From positions 4,278,001-4,342,000 of the forward strand of contig OX597825.1 of the NCBI GenBank assembly GCA_951406725.2: a stretch of 64,000 nt of DNA. Direction: 5' to 3'. This document shows, piece by piece, positions 56,251 to 64,000 of the stretch. Below the pieces are notes generated by a model. That model was not told where the DNA came from. It worked only from the letters and a program-made list of their open reading frames with translations, and did no database searches. The position numbers and the translations under genes are program-made. The number at the start of each line of letters is the position of its first letter. Within the stretch, counting starts at the first letter, position 1. This DNA comes from Octopus vulgaris (taxonomy: Eukaryota).

Positions 56251-56944
56251 AGGAGTTGTTTTTATCGTTACTGTTATTATTGTTGTTGATTATATCGTTT
56301 TTACTGCTGCTGTTGTTTCTGTTGTTGTTGTTGGTGTTAGTCGGAGCCGGTGATGTTCATATCGATGGACGAAGTAGCCGAGCTGCTTGCTAACAACAGG
56401 AAACTATTTTATCGTAGCTGCGCTGCTTGTTTGTATCATCCGTCAAAGATTTATTGTTGTAGCTGTTGTTGTTGTTGTTGTTGTTCTTGCTCTTGCTGAT
56501 GTTGCTGTTGTTGCTGCTACAATTGTTTTTGCTGTTGTTGTTCATAGAGGTAGTGTCAGAGGCGATGGTGGTAGAGGTGTCGGGGCTGCCGCTGTTGTTA
56601 TATGTGATTGGGATGGTCATCTTGCTTCGTCTGTTTGTTTGTCGAGTGGTCACATGAACCGGCGTCACCTTCTCAACGTGGGAGCAGCGCGTTATGCCTC
56701 GTATGCAGAGAGTATCGACAGACAATCGAAAAGACAAGATTATTGACATGTAACACACACGTGGAATTTCCTTTAAAATGAGTGAAACTAAATGACAGGC
56801 GACCAATTTGGAGGTCTTGAAAAGTTCTAATGACTGTCTTTCAGTGTTTAATTCGGTTTTCTTTGTATTCAGCACAAATTCAGCAAATATCCGCTTTGAC
56901 ATTCATCAGTTCGAGAACGATAAACTATCAGTATTGGCGTTGAT

Positions 56945-56945
<1 letters not shown>

Positions 56946-57016
<71 letters not shown>

Positions 57017-57056
57017 CTTTCTCTCTCTCTTTCTCCCTATCTCTCTTTCTTTCTCC

Positions 57057-57087
<31 letters not shown>
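56946..57087. repeat. (CT)n polypyrimidine microsatellite
   Basis: Visible run. Confidence 0.95.
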
Positions 57088-58161
57088 AGAATTTGCTATA
57101 CTAAACGAATGAATACACCTCAAAGTTAAATATTCGCAGACTTTCACACAATTCTGCTCACGCTTTCTACCTTCGATTTCTCCCATTGTCTTTATCGATC
57201 TTAATCAAAGAGAAATGTCCAGAAACGACGGATTCTTTCCTCTTCACGGTAAATAAATTGATCAATATCTTCTATGAAGCAACAACTGATTGGCAGATTG
57301 ACCATAAATGAACTAAGAATTGTTCATGGTTTAGTTGGTAATCTTTCATAAACTATTTCGTAATATCAACGACTCACTCTGTTTCGAAAGTAAACTGTTT
57401 GTTATTAAAGAGCACACTGTTTGTCTGCCATTCATATTTCTTCTTCATTTCTAATATTTATGAAGTGAGGTAACTTCAGTGCATATAACTAAATGATAGC
57501 AAAATATTGATATCTTAAATTTGAGCAATCGATAACGAGACAAGCTTTGATAACGTTCAGTTTATATCCTTAGCCTGACGAGTAGGTGACAGCAGAATTT
57601 CTCTTGCATATTTTTATTTTCTTTTTAATATTTATGTAATTGATTAATTGATCAAAAGCAATGAGTGCATAGTTTACAACACAACAAAATACAGTAGCTG
57701 TCATACATTTCAATCGAAAACATCAAACTAATACCAGTGTTTGCTGTTATAATATCGACATGATTCCACCAATTGTAGCATGGTATTAGTAGCAGAAGTA
57801 TATTTCAAATTTATCTACGTAAAGATAATAGCAAGCTTTATGGTAATTTCTTCACTCATTCATTCTATCTAGAAATACAGAAAACATAGGAAGTTACGCA
57901 ACTTATTCTTCGAAACCTGATTCAATTTATTCCGCTTATTTTTCATCTGTTTTATTGACAAGTTCACTGGGTACAAGTAGCTATATCCTTGTTCTTTTCC
58001 TTAACAATCAAACGTGTCTGAATATTATTTTAAGCCGAACACCTCAAACAGAAAGTGCTTTAATTTTAGAAGTACTGTGATATTTCTTTAATAACACACA
58101 ATACCATATTTTGGAAACGAATAATGGCCAAGATCAAAAAAATATGTATATATATATATGC

Positions 58162-58240
<79 letters not shown>

Positions 58241-58696
58241 TCTTCCGTTAGTTTTCCAAACACACCTTCACGTGTTCCTGCGCGTGATTGAGTTTGTAAG
58301 CGACAACTGAAAAATAATGACTGTTACCATTTTGAAATATATGATAGATTGCTGATGCACACCACAAAACATCAAATCCATTTCAATTTTAAATACGCCT
58401 ATACAAGCAGCATTGAAATACAGATGAGCACATACAGAACCCGTCAGTATAGACATTGCAGTTTCTCGCATATTAAAGATACACGCACACATACACATGT
58501 ATACATACATACATACACACACACATACATACACATCCTTATATATATGCAGTCCTGCATCTCTATGGATTTATCTATAGTTATAGATGTACATAAATAT
58601 ATATGTATGCGTATGTGTGAGTTTCTACTTATCTAGACATGCAAACATACACAAGAGCACACACACATGCGCACGTACGTACATAAACACACACAA

Positions 58697-58809
<113 letters not shown>

Positions 58810-59207
58810 GTGGTTACAATTTATTTCTTTTTAACGAAAGGTTTCAACTGGTTAAATGAAATGGAATATTTTACATCTACAAATGTAGCAGAAGATATAG
58901 GCTAAATTAAATCGGATTAAATCGGAGGTTCATTATTTCAGAGTTCATCAAATAAAGTACCATTCAAACATTAATGCCGTTGTTTTCGACTAACGTCCTT
59001 TTCTCGAATTTGCTGCCGTATTATCTATATTAAAAATAATTACCCGTGAAAATAAACAAATTACAACTGAACAGGAAAACTATCACTTGTATTCGGTTAG
59101 GATATAACAAAGTTGTTCACACTACCAACACGTTGTTAAAGTTCAAAAATTTTCTGAAGAAAATATTGCAAGTACTTTGCATATTTCATTTTGCTTTGTA
59201 TTTGGTA

Positions 59208-59593
59208 TTAGGTTGTCAAGAAAGTTCTTGCGGAATTTTTAATTTTGGCTTTAAATGATGTATTTTCGAATTAATTTTCGATAAATTACTTTGACTTTAA
59301 ATATCATTTTAACGCCCGTTTTCCGCTCTATCTAAACGCGTTACTCTTTTTCTATTTTTGAAAAATTAAGCCATTACTTCAAAAACCAAGACGATGCCAA
59401 AGACACATTCATTGACTTCATCGCAACCAGAACGCAGGATTTTTACGCTACTGGCATAAATAAACGTGTTTCGCGTTGGCAAAAGTGATGATTCTGATGG
59501 TGTTTGTTTCGATTAATAAAGTTTTGTTGGAGCCGAGATATGAACATCTGAATTTAAAGGTTAAAAACCGCAAGAACCTTCTTGACAACCTAA
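59208..59593 (+). mobile_element. 386-bp internally deleted derivative (MITE) of the mariner at 40661-41923
   Basis: Same TIRs (TTAGGTTGTCAAGAAAGTTCTTGCGG). The left part matches about 40661-40826 and the right part about 41710-41923. TA flanks the left end and CA the right. Confidence 0.95.
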
Positions 59594-59734
59594 CAAAAAC
59601 AAGAAATAAAGAGTATATCTTCAAGTGAGTTTTCTTCGGTCATTTAAAAATTTCGATTGCGAGTGCTCCGCAACAATTATTTGCTCTACGAATCGGTTTC
59701 GTAAGAAAACACGCATATAATAAAGAAAAAAACA

Positions 59735-60100
59735 CTTCAAATTTCGCTGAGGTTGACTTTGTCGTTCATCATTTCGAGGTCGATAAATTAAGTACCAGTG
59801 AAACACAGGAGTCGGTGAAATCGACAAGTCCCTTCTCCCCAAATTTCAGGCATTGTACCTGAAATAGTAGAAAGGATTATTAATATATATTAAGGCGGTG
59901 ATTTGATAGAATCGTTAACATGTCGGATTAAATGCTTAGCATCATTTCGTCCGTCTTTACCTTCTGAGGTCAAAGGTTGACGTTGCTTTTCATCTTCTCG
60001 GATTTGATAAAATAAGTACCAGTCAAGTCGTGGTGTCGATGTGATCGACTAGCCCCCTTCCCTAAATTTTCAGACCTTGTGCCTGTGGTTGGAAAATTAT
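59735..60100 (+). mobile_element. Two tandem family-A SINE copies
   Basis: TTCAAATTTCGCTGAGGTTGACTTTG...GTCGATAAATTAAGTACCAG, and AAGGCGGTGATTTGATAGAATCGTTAAC...GATAAAATAAGTACCAG. Confidence 0.85.
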
Positions 60101-60786
60101 TAATACATATAGAATGCACATATTAAATGTATAATACACATACAATGCTTAAAAAAAAAGAAGAAAATAAACAACCCTGCAGGCACCGATAGTCAATAAA
60201 ATTAATTTTTTTAAATCTTAAAAAATTATTTGCTTGCAGCCTGATAATAGTTTGTGTCCCGCTGGTTAAGGGACGTCTATACGTCCCTTTTCGAATTAGT
60301 TCCCTGTTATAGATATTTATTAGTAGCTATAAGTTTTCACTGATGTTTTATTCTTAAATTGCCGCTTGTGGTAATAAACTAGATGATGGCCAGGGAGCAG
60401 TTATATTTTTAACACTCGGGACACAACCGGATCGAGTGGTACCGCCCAGGTGTTGAAACCACAAAGACATCCGTTTGGGTAGCTGATAACGGGAATACAC
60501 ATGTCATGCTCGATTGTCCATTTCTTATAACTTAGTCTCCTTAATCTCGGCTGTTCTTCATTCTTGTAAGGTGGAAAGGATTTGTGGATTGTGAGTCTGT
60601 GAAGATCGCTTACTTTATTATTTTTCTGTATTTTTTCCCAGGTAACCGAAATTAAGCTTGGCTAATGCTTAAACATTGTTGAATATTTCTGGTAGGTTTA
60701 GTGGTATACGCGCGTGCGCATATGTGTTTGTGTGCATGTGTGCGCATGTATATACATGATTTGCAGTATGCATGGATAAGTATTTA

Positions 60787-60856
<70 letters not shown>

Positions 60857-61638
60857 CATTATTATTATTATTATCATTATTATTAGTATTACTTTAGACG
60901 AAATAGATACTGGAAACTCGCTAGTGCATCCCTGTGAAAAAATATAATCAGAAAAATTCGTTTTTGAGGTGAGGTCTATTTGTTTCTCTTTAAGTAGCTA
61001 TTATTCGTCGGCAGCTGTATGTGTGTGACTGGATGTGAATATTTAATAGCCAGCAGCTGGATTCCAACGATAAATATGTTTATGTCTATAGTAAAGAGAA
61101 TATGAATAAGCCAAATGTCAAACTGTTTACTATGGTCAATGACACAAACAAGAACAAATATAGAAATTCATGAAAAACTAAAAATTAAATTTCTCTTACT
61201 TCAAGTGGTAACTATTTCCATATTACGCCTTCTATAAAATCGTTCCTTTTCCTTCCCTCATCTGCAGTCGCAGTGTCTCTCTCTCACTCACTCACCATAA
61301 ACTTTCCTCTCTAAAGTATTACCTATCCTGCAGCGTTTATTTCATGGGCAACCTCCGTTGTGCACTCGATCTCATACACCAAAAATGAAATTAAATTTTA
61401 CTCCCTCACCAAATGTGGCACTTGTCCCAAATTGCAAAACGATTCTACTTATACGCTTAGAAATGTGAGAAAACTTACACTTTGTAAATATGCAAATATA
61501 TTCAAATTTGGCCAACGCAAAACGTGACAAATTTCACTTATACATATGATGTGTGTGTATGTATGTGTATGTGTATGTGCGATCTGTGTATGCATGTATG
61601 TATGTATGTATGTATATATGTAACTATCTGTCTGTCCG

Positions 61639-61707
<69 letters not shown>

Positions 61708-61738
61708 ATATCTATCTATCTATCTATCTATCTATATT

Positions 61739-61802
<64 letters not shown>

Positions 61803-61841
61803 CGTATGTATGTACGTATGTATGTACGTATGTATGTATAG

Positions 61842-62065
61842 TGCGGCGTGCTGGCAGTATCTTTAGCACGTCGGACAAAATGCTTTGCATCCGTCTATAT
61901 GTTCTGAGTTCAAATTCCGCCGAAGTCGACTTTGCCTTTCCTACTTTCTGGGTGGATTAAATAAGTACCAGTTACACCCTGGGGTTAATGACCAATCGAC
62001 TTAATCCCTTTATCTGTTCTTGTTTGTCTCCTTTATGTTTAGTCCCCTGAAAGCAATACAGAAAT
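61842..62065 (+). mobile_element. Family-A SINE, near full length
   Basis: GCGGCGTGCTGGCAG...GAGTTCAAATTCCGCCGAAGTCGACTTTGCCTTTC...AAATAAGTACCAGTTACAC. Confidence 0.9.
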
Positions 62066-62066
62066 A

Positions 62067-62123
<57 letters not shown>

Positions 62124-63299
62124 CAAACAGGAGGATAATGAAAGTGTCTACGTTTTTAAAGGCGATGCTCCAGCATGGCCGCAGTCAAATGATTGAAACA
62201 AGAAATCAAAGAATATTTACACGTACATTTGATCCTCTTTTTGCCTCATCCCGTGTGTGTTATGCTTGAATGCATGTGTGAATTAGCCAGTGTGTGAATG
62301 TTATACATCTGCTTCCATATCAAGAAATACAGGGAACTTTGTAGCAAGCAAAGTGTCTTGCTGAATATTGGAAAGAATGTGTAAAATATGCCTTCTCATG
62401 AAATGAATAATTTTGATGGTAATTGATGCATTTTACGGCTGAAACCCTTGGAATAAAGAACATCAACCTCGAAGGCAATAACAAGAAACTCAACAACATC
62501 TATCTATGAATGTCTCGGCTGCATTAAGCTCTGACACCCTAATTTTGATTCAGGGTTTCAGATAATTTTTGGTTGTCAACTGACAGCCTTTCACTGTCAA
62601 GTGAGAGCCAACTCACCGTCTTTCATCTCATACTACGAGATGGCTCCTACGGGGCATTTATCCTCGGCGGAACTGGGCCCTATAATCTTAATAGAAAAAG
62701 CAAATGAAGACATACTCGTGAATATCGATCTATATTTATTGAGATAATTACAGCTGGATTCTACTTTATTATAGGACTGCCTTCTGTCAGGAATAAACGG
62801 GGGTTAACCAGCATTGAATACATGAAATCAATGAGGATTTAAATGTATCTCAACCCCTATCTGTGAATAAAAATATATATTACACACCTAATAATAATAG
62901 TAATTATATAAATTCTTGTGGACTAAATGGAAGACGGTACACAAGTGATAGTGCTCAGAAATCGTGTCGTGTTTGTGATGGTGTTTAAAGGAAAAGTTGG
63001 CACAAGATTCTGGAACTTCAATCAAAACCGGACGAAAGTATTGTAAGAGGATTTTAGTTTTCCCGCCAATCCATAACTCCATCACTCTGACATTTTGTAA
63101 ACACACGTTATGTAACAACATACGAGAGATTACAGATGTACATTCATTCGTACATACACATGCACACACAGGCATATACACCTATATATATATATATGTG
63201 TGTGTGTGTGTATGTTTGTGTGTGTGTACATACACAGACATGCATATAGATGCATATATACAGACATACGCAAATACAATCAAACATAACATTGATGTG

Positions 63300-63369
<70 letters not shown>

Positions 63370-63378
63370 GATATATAC

Positions 63379-63454
<76 letters not shown>

Positions 63455-64000
63455 GAATAAAGTCAGACATATGACTGTAATCGTCTTTGTATCTATGTAT
63501 TTAGTAATATTTCCCGAGTCGTGCTTACAGTTTCTGTTATATTTTCATCAGCTCGAAACAACATTACTTAATGGAATGAATTGTGAGCTTCTAGAATCTT
63601 TAATAACACTATCTTCTATTGCAAACTTACTTTTATGTTCGACCATTATCATTTGGGTTTTTTCAGAGAAAATGCACTTAGTACTATAGAATTGTTGCGT
63701 AATATTTGTATCATGGAATAAGGCTCGATTTTTAAAGTCTAGTTGCATAAAGTCTATTGAATTAATCATGTTCATATACCGACCAGCGAGGAAGATTCTA
63801 TGCGTTCGTCCGACCTGGTAGATATAGTAGTCAAGTCTCATTGAAATCATAGAGTTTCCTAATAAATGAAATTAAGAATGAATGAATACACCAAAGAATG
63901 ACGTATTGGATATAGATTTACTCATCTGTGGAATTAAAGGCTGGAAAAAATCTGGGTTACTTTTGATTAAAGTAAGACTCAGCCGAGATTATACAATAGC

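Noticed and set aside
57574-57600. CTGACGAG motif
   Set aside because: No stem II or GAAA downstream.

Overview
AT-rich, non-coding-looking animal DNA saturated with microsatellites: (TA)n, (CA)n, (TAA)n, (CAT)n, (TAG)n and (AAG)n. The repeat landscape suggests a coleoid cephalopod, probably Octopus; this is an inference from memory of those repeat families, not a database match. No intact protein-coding gene is recognisable, and nearly all ORFs in the track are microsatellite artefacts. Recognisable content is decayed mobile DNA: a full-length dead mariner (40661-41923) and its internally deleted derivative (59208-59593), a Tc1 remnant, a Tc1/mariner deletion element, a hAT-like MITE, a Helitron remnant, three R4/Dong-type retrotransposon fragments (two joined to (TAA)n), RTE-type LINE fragments and many tRNA-derived SINEs. 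The most interesting signal is four minimal type-I hammerhead-ribozyme-like motifs with the same geometry in unrelated small repeats. Two sit at the centre of foldback elements, and one of these carries a compensatory G3:C8 swap. A tRNA-headed SINE shares the 3' tail of one motif but has lost the ribozyme by deletion. A few unique islands with good splice signals may be exons of a host transcript. All coordinates and alignments were read by eye.
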